From: a virus
DNA length: 44,982 bases
Virus record (IMG/VR): IMGVR_UViG_3300045988_064885
Span: 1 to 44,982 of that record
Strand: one strand, 5' to 3'
Under the pieces are notes generated by a model. The model had not been told where the DNA came from and did no database searches. It saw only the letters and a program-made list of their open reading frames with translations. How positions within the stretch are numbered: the first letter of the stretch is position 1; each line of letters opens with the position of its first letter. A program made the position numbers and the translations under genes. Shown here in pieces: positions 1 through 6,918 of this stretch.

Positions 1-94
1 ACTAGGAATTTTGAACGAAAATGAACGACCGTTGAACGAAAATGAACGACCGTTGAACGAAAATGAACGACCGTTGAACGAAAATGAACACACT
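1..94 (+). repeat. Terminal direct repeat, left copy (identical to 44889-44982)
   Basis: Base-by-base comparison of both window ends gives a 94/94 match. Confidence 0.95.
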
Positions 95-751
95 TTCTTT
101 TGTTCAAATAAATCATTTTCGTTCGTAAACTCGTTAATTTGTGATTTTGAATTGCTTGAATGTGATGACGAGTATTTTTGGTCTCCTAGTTTAATTCGCA
201 GACAAGAAGAGCGAAGAAGTAAATTTGAGAAAAAGCAGGAGCAACGTAGGCTCGCAGGCATTAAAAGTGGAGAAGCTCGCAGAAAAAAGGAACAAAATCG
301 AACGACCGTTCAACGAACTTCAACGGTCGTTGAACAAAACGAACAAAAGGAAAGGAAAGGAAAGGAAAGTAATAATATAGAGAGAGATACGCGCGTGCGT
401 GAAGATGAAAATCCTCTATCTATGTTTGACGATGATGAAATAAAAAATAAACCTATTTACGAATTGTATATGAAATCAATTGGAGTTGTATCACCTGCTA
501 TTAAAGAGCGGTTAGATGATCTAGTTGAATCATATGGTAAGGAACGAGTTATTGTTGCTATCAATACCACGGCCGATAACGGGGGTAATAGTATCAAGTA
601 TGTTGAAACTGTTACAGCAGGGAATTTAAAAAAGGAGGTGAATAAAGATTTTGGAACCACTAAACGTAACAGCAGCAATAGAGGCTCTTCGAGAAAAGAC
701 GAGCAAGTTGACTGGCAAGCAGAATATGAAAGAGTACACGGTAAAAAATGA
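2..751 (+). CDS. Replisome organiser / replication initiator (DnaD-domain type), 3' part of the gene that starts at 44701
   Basis: The frame is continuous with ATG 44701 through the duplicated 94 nt. The C-terminal stretch IYELYMKSIGVVSPAIKERLDDLVESYGKERVIVAINTTADNGGNSIKYVETV looks like a DnaD/DnaB_2-type domain. A helicase-loader gene lies immediately downstream. Confidence 0.6.
   Translation, partial: LGILNENERPLNENERPLNENERPLNENEHTFFCSNKSFSFVNSLICDFELLECDDEYFWSPSLIRRQEERRSKFEKKQEQRRLAGIKSGEARRKKEQNRTTVQRTSTVVEQNEQKERKGKESNNIERDTRVREDENPLSMFDDDEIKNKPIYELYMKSIGVVSPAIKERLDDLVESYGKERVIVAINTTADNGGNSIKYVETVTAGNLKKEVNKDFGTTKRNSSNRGSSRKDEQVDWQAEYERVHGKK
11..94 (+). repeat. 21-bp tandem iterons TTGAACGAAAATGAACGACCG (3 perfect copies plus 1 degenerate); putative replication origin repeats
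   Basis: Copies at 11-31, 32-52 and 53-73; 74-94 diverges in its last 5 nt. Each unit holds two GAACGA half-sites 10-11 bp apart. The repeats are translated in frame as NENERPL x4. Confidence 0.7.
301..331. repeat. Perfect 10-bp inverted repeat AACGACCGTT-N11-AACGGTCGTT that reuses the iteron core
   Basis: Arms at 301-310 and 322-331 are exact reverse complements. AACGACCGTT is also the junction sequence of the 21-bp iterons. An (AGGAA)x4 purine tract follows at about 348-368. Confidence 0.7.
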
Positions 752-1373
752 GTTCTTTTATCCAGTTTATGATAAACCAGTAGTCATTCAAACTAATGTT
801 AATACTACCTATGCTGCAGTTGGAATTCCTAAGCGCTATTATGAAATGGATTTTGAGTGGTTGCGCAAGCATGGTAGCTTTCCTAAAGAAAACGCTGAAG
901 CCTATGCTGTGGTTAAGGAGTACTCTCATAACCTAAAAGAAAATCTTGAGTCTGGCAAGGGCCTCATATTAAGGGGCCCAGCTGGTACGGGCAAGACATC
1001 TATTGCAGTTAGCCTTCTAAAAGAAGTTATGAGACTAGGTAAAGGGTGCTTAATGATTTCAATGCCAAATCTACTGGATAATATGCTTACGTTATCTAAG
1101 GGTGATAATGTAGCCTATCTGAGCTATGAGCAAAAACTTAGAAATATTCCCTTGTTATTGCTTGATGATTTTGGAGCAGAATATTCAAAGTCTGACTGGG
1201 TAGTATCTAAGGTTGAAAGCGTTATTATTGATCGCTACAACCGAATGAAGCCTATAATTCTTACGACGAATTATAGCGAGACCTGGACTGAAAAGAATTA
1301 TAGCCAAAGAGTATATGACCGGTTACGCGGCGAATATGCGGTGGCTATATTCAATGGAGAATCACACCGATGA
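651..1373 (+). CDS. DnaC/IstB-like AAA+ helicase loader
   Basis: Walker A is GPAGTGKTS and Walker B is LLLLDDFG. TTG 651 lies 11 nt after AAGGAGG; ATG 726 is an alternative start. Confidence 0.8.
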   Translation: MEPLNVTAAIEALREKTSKLTGKQNMKEYTVKNEFFYPVYDKPVVIQTNVNTTYAAVGIPKRYYEMDFEWLRKHGSFPKENAEAYAVVKEYSHNLKENLESGKGLILRGPAGTGKTSIAVSLLKEVMRLGKGCLMISMPNLLDNMLTLSKGDNVAYLSYEQKLRNIPLLLLDDFGAEYSKSDWVVSKVESVIIDRYNRMKPIILTTNYSETWTEKNYSQRVYDRLRGEYAVAIFNGESHR

Positions 1374-1768
1374 AGATTCTCCTGCGATGTCAGTTTAGGT
1401 TTAGAAAGAAAGCCCATAACCGATTCCCAACGTTAAATGAGTATATTGACTGTGAGCGTGGTTCGACTATAGCAGCCGCCGCTATGAAAAAGAAATGCAC
1501 CGAGCAAGTCAAAGAACAATGTCTATCACAACAGATAGAATCGGTTAAGGGTAAAGCAGACCTATTATTTGAATGGCACTCATCAACTAGGCATGATCCT
1601 GACAATGTAGCTTTTGCTAAGAAATTTATTCTTGATGGACTACAAGCTGCAGGAGTGCTAGAAAACGATAATAGGAAATTCATCGGGACTATGGCTGATG
1701 AGGTTGTAAATGACGATGATGATTTTGTGATTGTACATATCACAGAACATATGAGTATATTCCTATAG
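1370..1768 (+). CDS. RusA-like Holliday junction resolvase (putative)
   Basis: The HDPDNVAFAKKFILDGLQAAGVLENDN pattern resembles the RusA D-x-D-N...D...DD motif. It has an ATGA overlap with the upstream gene. Confidence 0.5.
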   Translation: MKILLRCQFRFRKKAHNRFPTLNEYIDCERGSTIAAAAMKKKCTEQVKEQCLSQQIESVKGKADLLFEWHSSTRHDPDNVAFAKKFILDGLQAAGVLENDNRKFIGTMADEVVNDDDDFVIVHITEHMSIFL

Positions 1769-1891
1769 TCGCTAATAGCCATAAAAATCAAAATTTCATA
1801 TGTATAAGAACGTTTTAATGCGTTAATGAGTGAATCTTCATGAAGTTGGAATAAAACACAATACGGACTAAAATAAAGCGTAAAGGGGGGG

Positions 1892-2428
1892 ATGCATTTG
1901 AATGAATGCGAAATTGAAAAAATCACTAGGTTGGCCACTGAGGTGGCTACTAAAACCTACTATGAATTAGCAAAGCAAGAAAATGCACAGCTGGGTCGTA
2001 AACTTCGACACAACACGATCAAGCTATTAAAGCATTATAGTCAGTTACAGTCATATGTAGACAATGCTATCATGGATTCGACACAAGCCGATGATATATG
2101 GCTCAATGAACTGTTGATTGATATGTTTGACGATAAGAGCATTGTGAAAGTGAATGCGATTGTTAAAAGCAAAGAAAAAACAGCATTGATGATGCGACAT
2201 GTAAATAACATGCTCGATATCTATGCTGAGAAGTGTAGCGACAAGCAATTCAAATATTGTGAATGCATGCGCAGGTATTATATTGATGGAGAAACCTTAG
2301 AAGAGATTGCTGAATCATTTCCTGAAAAGCCAGATGTTCGTACCATCAAACGTTACATCGCTAGAGGGATTGAAGAGTTATCTGTATTGCTATGGGGCGT
2401 TATTGGATTAAATACAAAGCTAGCCTGA
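1892..2428 (+). CDS. Putative late-gene transcriptional regulator (ArpU / sigma-region-4-like HTH or antiterminator)
   Basis: It is the last gene before the packaging module. The C-terminal HTH-like segment is ETLEEIAESFPEKPDVRTIKRYIARGIEEL. Confidence 0.45.
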   Translation: MHLNECEIEKITRLATEVATKTYYELAKQENAQLGRKLRHNTIKLLKHYSQLQSYVDNAIMDSTQADDIWLNELLIDMFDDKSIVKVNAIVKSKEKTALMMRHVNNMLDIYAEKCSDKQFKYCECMRRYYIDGETLEEIAESFPEKPDVRTIKRYIARGIEELSVLLWGVIGLNTKLA

Positions 2429-2433
2429 AAAAT

Positions 2434-2460
2434 TGTCCCAAAACTGTCCTAGACCTGTCC
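2434..2460 (+). repeat. Three direct TGTCC repeats phased exactly 11 bp apart (2434, 2445, 2456)
   Basis: The sequence reads ttGTCCcaaaacTGTCCtagaccTGTCC and overlaps the -35 region of the putative late promoter. Confidence 0.5.
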
Positions 2461-2478
2461 TTCTTGACAGTTTATAAT
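2450..2478 (+). promoter_or_regulatory. Putative late promoter (-35 TAGACC, 17-nt spacer, -10 TATAAT)
   Basis: Hexamers at 2450-2455 and 2473-2478, lying between the regulator gene and the late genes. Confidence 0.4.
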
Positions 2479-2552
2479 GATAGTGTGAGTTAATAGGGAA
2501 ACAAATACTATCTCTCTCAACGACACAGTGAATACCTAGAACACTAAAGCAA

Positions 2553-2588
2553 AAGACCACTTAATCCATATGGTTAGGTGGTCTTTTT
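2553..2588 (+). terminator. Intrinsic terminator about 70 nt downstream of the putative late promoter
   Basis: A 12-bp stem AAGACCACTTAA/TTAGGTGGTCTT (one G-U pair), a 9-nt loop, then TTTTT. Confidence 0.7.
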
Positions 2589-2616
2589 GCATACAAATTT
2601 TAAGGAAGCGAGGTGA

Positions 2617-2811
2617 ATGCGATTGACAGATGTGTATTGTGAAAAGAGGCGATGCCTCAATAATGTAAAAGGTTGGTGCAAGGCTAATGGAATTCATATT
2701 GATCACATGTGCAAATCGTATGCACCATCACATTCGTTAGTAAAGACAAAAACCGCAAAGGTTCATAAGGAATGCGGTAAATATAAGCAAAATAAAGGCG
2801 TATTAAGATAG
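2617..2811 (+). CDS. Small Cys-rich protein (DUF1540-like?), function unknown
   Basis: A 64-aa ORF with GAGGTGA 3 nt upstream. It contains spaced Cys/His residues: VYCEKRRCLNNVKGWCKANGIHIDHMC. Confidence 0.35.
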   Translation: MRLTDVYCEKRRCLNNVKGWCKANGIHIDHMCKSYAPSHSLVKTKTAKVHKECGKYKQNKGVLR

Positions 2812-3015
2812 CTTTTGGGGCAGTACCCGCGCTAAATAATAAAAAATAAATTAAAAAAATACACGTTTCGTTGAATTTTTGAGTAATTTTTTTTGGTAGG
2901 TTCTTCTGGGAAAAATTGAAAGCGTGCGGTGGCCGAGACCCCAAAAATTGCCTAGATTTTAATTTTTTTATGACCTTGCTAGTGATACAGGTAATGAAAG
3001 GAGGCTGATTGATAA

Positions 3016-3546
3016 GTGAAAATTACAGATGATTTGAAAACGGCAACGGCCTCGCAGTCAAACCTGGCAAAAGCACTTGGACTCTCGCGCCAACGTGTTT
3101 CACAACTGCTCCAAGAAGGGGTTTTAGCTACCGATGAAAAGAATAATATTCTGGTTATCAAATCCGTTATCAATTATGTCAAATATAAGGGGCAATCCTC
3201 TGCTGAAGAGGAAAGTAGTTCCGATGATGCGATATTTGAGGTTGAAAAGGCTAAAAATGAACGCGCAAAACGCAAGATCGCCGAGTTGAAACTAGCCAAA
3301 ATGAACGGCGAGGTGTACTCAGCAGATACTGTAGAACAGGTTATGACAGAAATGCTTGTTAATTTGCGTACACAATTGTTAGGATTGCCAACTAAATTGG
3401 CACCACAGCTACAAAATATAACAAAAGAAGAAGCATATAACCTGTTAACACAAGAAATAGAGGATAAATTGTCCGAATTAAGTGAATATACGCCATCATT
3501 ATTCATGGATAGCGATGAGTTAGACGATGATAAAGCGCCAAATTAG
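3016..3546 (+). CDS. terS: Terminase small subunit (lambda Nu1-like N-terminal HTH)
   Basis: The N-terminal segment SQSNLAKALGLSRQRVSQLLQEGV...VIKSVINYVKY resembles the Nu1 wHTH. The gene is directly upstream of a GpA-type TerL. It starts at GTG after AAAGGAGG. Confidence 0.65.
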   Translation: MKITDDLKTATASQSNLAKALGLSRQRVSQLLQEGVLATDEKNNILVIKSVINYVKYKGQSSAEEESSSDDAIFEVEKAKNERAKRKIAELKLAKMNGEVYSADTVEQVMTEMLVNLRTQLLGLPTKLAPQLQNITKEEAYNLLTQEIEDKLSELSEYTPSLFMDSDELDDDKAPN

Positions 3547-3556
3547 GCGCTTTTTT
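3534..3556 (+). terminator. Small hairpin plus T6 overlapping the terS stop (possible attenuator between terS and terL)
   Basis: AGCGCC-aaatta-GGCGCT followed by TTTTTT. The 6-bp stem is short. Confidence 0.3.
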
Positions 3557-3580
3557 AATGCAAAAAAAGGAGGTGATAGC

Positions 3581-6500
3581 ATGAAAACGGCAAAAGAATT
3601 GTGGCAATATGTTTCTAAAACGGGCCTGAAACCATTACCAAAAACGAGTGTTAGCCAATGGGCTGACGATTATCGCATGCTATCACAAGGCCTTTCTGCT
3701 GAACCAGGGCGTTGGAAAACGAGTAGAGCACCATATCAAAAAGATATTATGGATGCTTTCACGCAACCTGGTATCAATAGGGTAGTGGTTAAGTCAGCAT
3801 CGCAGGTCGGGAAGGCTCTTGATGTAGAAACACCAATTATGACAACTACAGGATGGAAACGCATGGGCGACTTAACCATTAATGATCAAGTTTTTGATGA
3901 AAATGGTAATCCTGTTCGAGTCTTAGCAGTTAGTGAAGTGTGGAATAACAGACCTTGTTATGAAATTCGCTTTTCAGACGGAGCAGTTATTATCGCTGAT
4001 GAAAACCATGAGTGGTGCGTAGATACTGATAAAAAGCAAGGCATAATTATTGATACGCATACCATTAGTCAAACATATAAAAGTGGTAATCGTAATACAT
4101 ATGCTATTCAGATTGCTAAGGCGTTAGATTTCCGTAGTAATGTTCGATTACTTGTGGACCCATATACATTAGGGGCTTGGCTAGGCGATGGGAATAGTAT
4201 GTCTGCTCAGATTACAACTCATATAAAGGATGTTGCGATTATCAAGAAGATTGAGGAAAACGGAGTTCGTGTAAATATCCGCCAAAAATCTACCAATGTT
4301 TTAAATACACAACTTGAACCGCTAGAGCTTGACGAAAATATTTGTCGTCGAGGCCATGATATGCGTGTCACCGGCAGAAATAGTGTTGGAAGATGTGCAG
4401 AATGTGCACGTCAAAGTGCTTTAAAATCCAAATGGAAGGGTGTTAAAGATATTAAAGTAGACCCAGTTATAAAACATTGGGATACGATGCGGAATAAGTT
4501 AGTATCTCTTGGTGTACTTGGTAATAAACATATACCAGTATCGTACTTGGAGGCATCAGTAGATGACAGATGGGCTCTTTTGCAAGGCCTAATGGATACT
4601 GATGGTTTCTGCTCAACTAATGGTATTTGTGAAATAACGCAAAAAAACAAACATTTAGCAAATGATATATTCGACTTAGTGACCTCGTTAGGATTGAAAC
4701 CTACTATACATACGAAATGTGCAGTGGCTACAAATGGAAAAGCAGGGAATACTAGCACAGTTTATCGGATTACATTTACAGCATATGCAGATTCTCCTGT
4801 ATTCGCTTTGAAACGTAAACAGGACAGATTGATTAGTAGATCTATTGCTACACGTAAGAGTGAATCAAAACGTCGTAGGATTATTTCTGTTAAACGTGTA
4901 GAAAATCGCGAAACAGTGTGTATCGAAGTCGATAGTCCAACACATTTATTCCTAGCTGGCCGTAATCTTATTCCTACTCATAACTCAGACATAATGAATA
5001 ATGTGCTAGGGCGATACGCTCATCTTGACCCATGTGCGGTTATGATGATTCAACCGACTATCGAATTGGCTCAAGATTATTCAAAATCTCGTATTTCTCC
5101 AATGATCCGTGATACAAAAGTACTATCACAGGTATTCTATGAAACGAAATCTGAAGACGGTGCCAAAACAAGAGATGGTAAGAACACAATCTTATCTAAG
5201 TTATTCCCTGGTGGTCGTCTTATTATGTGTGGGGCGAACAGTCCGGCAGGATTGGCATCACGTCCTGTGCGTGTGCTACTTGCGGACGAAGTAGACCGAT
5301 TCCCAGATAGTGCCGGTACAGAAGGTGACCCAGTAGACCTTGCTGCCAAACGTATGACAACATTCTGGAATAGAGTTATGGGGCTATTCTCCACGCCAAC
5401 TAATGAAGGTAGCTCACGAATCGATGTAGAGTATCAAACAGGTACGCAAGAAGAGTGGCAACATGAGTGTCCTAATTGTGGTGAGTATCATTTGATACGA
5501 CATACTGAGATGGAATGTGAGACAGAGGAACATAAGGACACTAAAGGCCGGAAGATTGTAGTAGTTAGTGATGTGAAATGGCGGTGTCCAGATTGCGGAT
5601 CTACATTCTCTGAAGACGAAATGCGGAAAGTCCCTCAAAAGTACATATCGAAAAACCCAGCTGCGTTGCATAATGGCATACGCAGTTTTTTTGTGAATGG
5701 ATTCACGTCTCCGTGGCTCACATGGAATGACATAATGAGGGAATGGCTAGAGGCAAAAGGTGACCCTACACGTGAAAAAGTAGTTATGAATACTCGTTTT
5801 GGTGAATCATATGCGCAACAAGGTGCATTCGAAGACTATCAACAATTCATTAGGCGCCGTGAGAAGTACGGCGCAGACCTTCCGGACGGTGTGTTACTGC
5901 TAACTGGTGCCGTCGATACACAAGACAACCGGTTAGAGTATGAAATCACCGGTTGGGGGTACGGTGAAGAATGTTGGGGGATCTGTAAGGGTGTTATCTT
6001 AGGAGAACCTGATAATAAAGCGACATGGGATGCACTTGATGCGGTACTTGATAAGGTGTACCGATTTAAGAACGGAACAGGGCTTAAAGTAGCACGTGCT
6101 TTCATTGACTCCGGCGGTCACTACACGTCAAAAGTATATGAATACTGTGAAAAGAACTTCAGCAAGCAACGATTTGCCATCAAAGGTACGGCCGGAACAC
6201 CTGGCATACCGTTAAATTATAAGATTGGTAAAGCATCTGGAAGCAAGATTCCACTTGTCATGCTAGGTGTAGACGATGGGAAACAACAGGTAATGAACCG
6301 ATTGGCCATCGATGAACCTGGCGATAAGTACTTTCATTTCCCTTTGGATGAAGAATTCCTAGGAACTAGAGGGTATGACGAGTTGTATTTCAAAGGGATC
6401 ATTTCGGAACACAAGAAGAAAGTAAAACGTAAGGGCGTTATCCATGAAATATGGGAACCTACTGCAGGGGTTCGTAATGAACCTTTGGACTTACGTGTAT

Positions 6501-6655
6501 ATAACCTAGCGTGTATGAACTCAATACATCCTGATTGGGATAGATTGGCGGAAGTAGTTAAAGGTGGAGGCCATTCCACTACAGCAGTAACTACTCAACG
6601 AAAGAAACCAATGCGGAAACGTGTTCGCAGAGCTAGTAAAGCAGCAGATATTTAG
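3581..6655 (+). CDS. terL: Terminase large subunit, lambda GpA family, interrupted by an intein
   Basis: ATG 3581 follows AAAGGAGG. The N-terminal segment WADDYRMLSQGLSAEPGRWKTSRAPYQKDIMDAF is GpA-like. The P-loop KSASQVGK|S is split by a 390-aa insert. The C-terminal nuclease-region size and context fit a TerL. Confidence 0.9.
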   Translation: MKTAKELWQYVSKTGLKPLPKTSVSQWADDYRMLSQGLSAEPGRWKTSRAPYQKDIMDAFTQPGINRVVVKSASQVGKALDVETPIMTTTGWKRMGDLTINDQVFDENGNPVRVLAVSEVWNNRPCYEIRFSDGAVIIADENHEWCVDTDKKQGIIIDTHTISQTYKSGNRNTYAIQIAKALDFRSNVRLLVDPYTLGAWLGDGNSMSAQITTHIKDVAIIKKIEENGVRVNIRQKSTNVLNTQLEPLELDENICRRGHDMRVTGRNSVGRCAECARQSALKSKWKGVKDIKVDPVIKHWDTMRNKLVSLGVLGNKHIPVSYLEASVDDRWALLQGLMDTDGFCSTNGICEITQKNKHLANDIFDLVTSLGLKPTIHTKCAVATNGKAGNTSTVYRITFTAYADSPVFALKRKQDRLISRSIATRKSESKRRRIISVKRVENRETVCIEVDSPTHLFLAGRNLIPTHNSDIMNNVLGRYAHLDPCAVMMIQPTIELAQDYSKSRISPMIRDTKVLSQVFYETKSEDGAKTRDGKNTILSKLFPGGRLIMCGANSPAGLASRPVRVLLADEVDRFPDSAGTEGDPVDLAAKRMTTFWNRVMGLFSTPTNEGSSRIDVEYQTGTQEEWQHECPNCGEYHLIRHTEMECETEEHKDTKGRKIVVVSDVKWRCPDCGSTFSEDEMRKVPQKYISKNPAALHNGIRSFFVNGFTSPWLTWNDIMREWLEAKGDPTREKVVMNTRFGESYAQQGAFEDYQQFIRRREKYGADLPDGVLLLTGAVDTQDNRLEYEITGWGYGEECWGICKGVILGEPDNKATWDALDAVLDKVYRFKNGTGLKVARAFIDSGGHYTSKVYEYCEKNFSKQRFAIKGTAGTPGIPLNYKIGKASGSKIPLVMLGVDDGKQQVMNRLAIDEPGDKYFHFPLDEEFLGTRGYDELYFKGIISEHKKKVKRKGVIHEIWEPTAGVRNEPLDLRVYNLACMNSIHPDWDRLAEVVKGGGHSTTAVTTQRKKPMRKRVRRASKAADI
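3815..4984 (+). mobile_element. Intein (390 aa) with a LAGLIDADG homing-endonuclease domain; class-3-like (Ala1, Trp-Cys-Thr motif)
   Basis: It starts ALDVETPIMTTTGWKRMGDL (block A, with Ala instead of Cys/Ser). Block B is ADENHEW. LAGLIDADG-like motifs are LGAWLGDGN and LLQGLMDTDGF. Block F is VCIEVDSPTHLFLAG. Block G is LIPTHN, followed by Ser at +1. Removing the insert restores GKS. Confidence 0.8.
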
Positions 6656-6663
6656 GAGGATGT

Positions 6664-6909
6664 ATGGCAACTAGTTATTCAAGTAAGCCAAGGCTAATTG
6701 ATGTCCGGTTAGAGTGGTACGTCAAGGCTGAGGAAGCAATATTGACTGGCCAAAGCTATACAATCGGAAATCGGACTCTTACAAGGGCAAATTTAGCAGA
6801 GGTAAGAAAAATGATTGATGATTTAGTGGCAAGAGGCGCCAAATTACCTGGTATGGATACCGATAATGGACGTGGAAACCGGTCAAAAAGGGTAGTTTTT
6901 AGAGATTAG
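6664..6909 (+). CDS. Head-tail joining protein (lambda gpW-like, by position and size)
   Basis: An 81-aa ORF between the GpA-type terminase and the portal, as in the lambda order A-W-B. Confidence 0.45.
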   Translation: MATSYSSKPRLIDVRLEWYVKAEEAILTGQSYTIGNRTLTRANLAEVRKMIDDLVARGAKLPGMDTDNGRGNRSKRVVFRD

Positions 6910-6918
6910 GAGACTAAA

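Noticed and set aside
11-94. The tandem 21-bp repeats could be a CRISPR array or a minisatellite.
   Set aside because: There are no spacers, because the repeats are contiguous. They lie in frame inside a replication initiator gene, and their core recurs as an inverted repeat downstream. Origin iterons explain them better.
1836-1845. The perfect 10-bp palindrome CTTCATGAAG upstream of the late regulator gene as an operator.
   Set aside because: It is a single short palindrome with no repeat partner or clear promoter context, which is insufficient evidence.
2464-2478. TTGACA (2464-2469) plus TATAAT (2473-2478) as a promoter.
   Set aside because: The hexamers are only 3 nt apart. The TATAAT is better paired with TAGACC at 2450-2455, which gives a 17-nt spacer.
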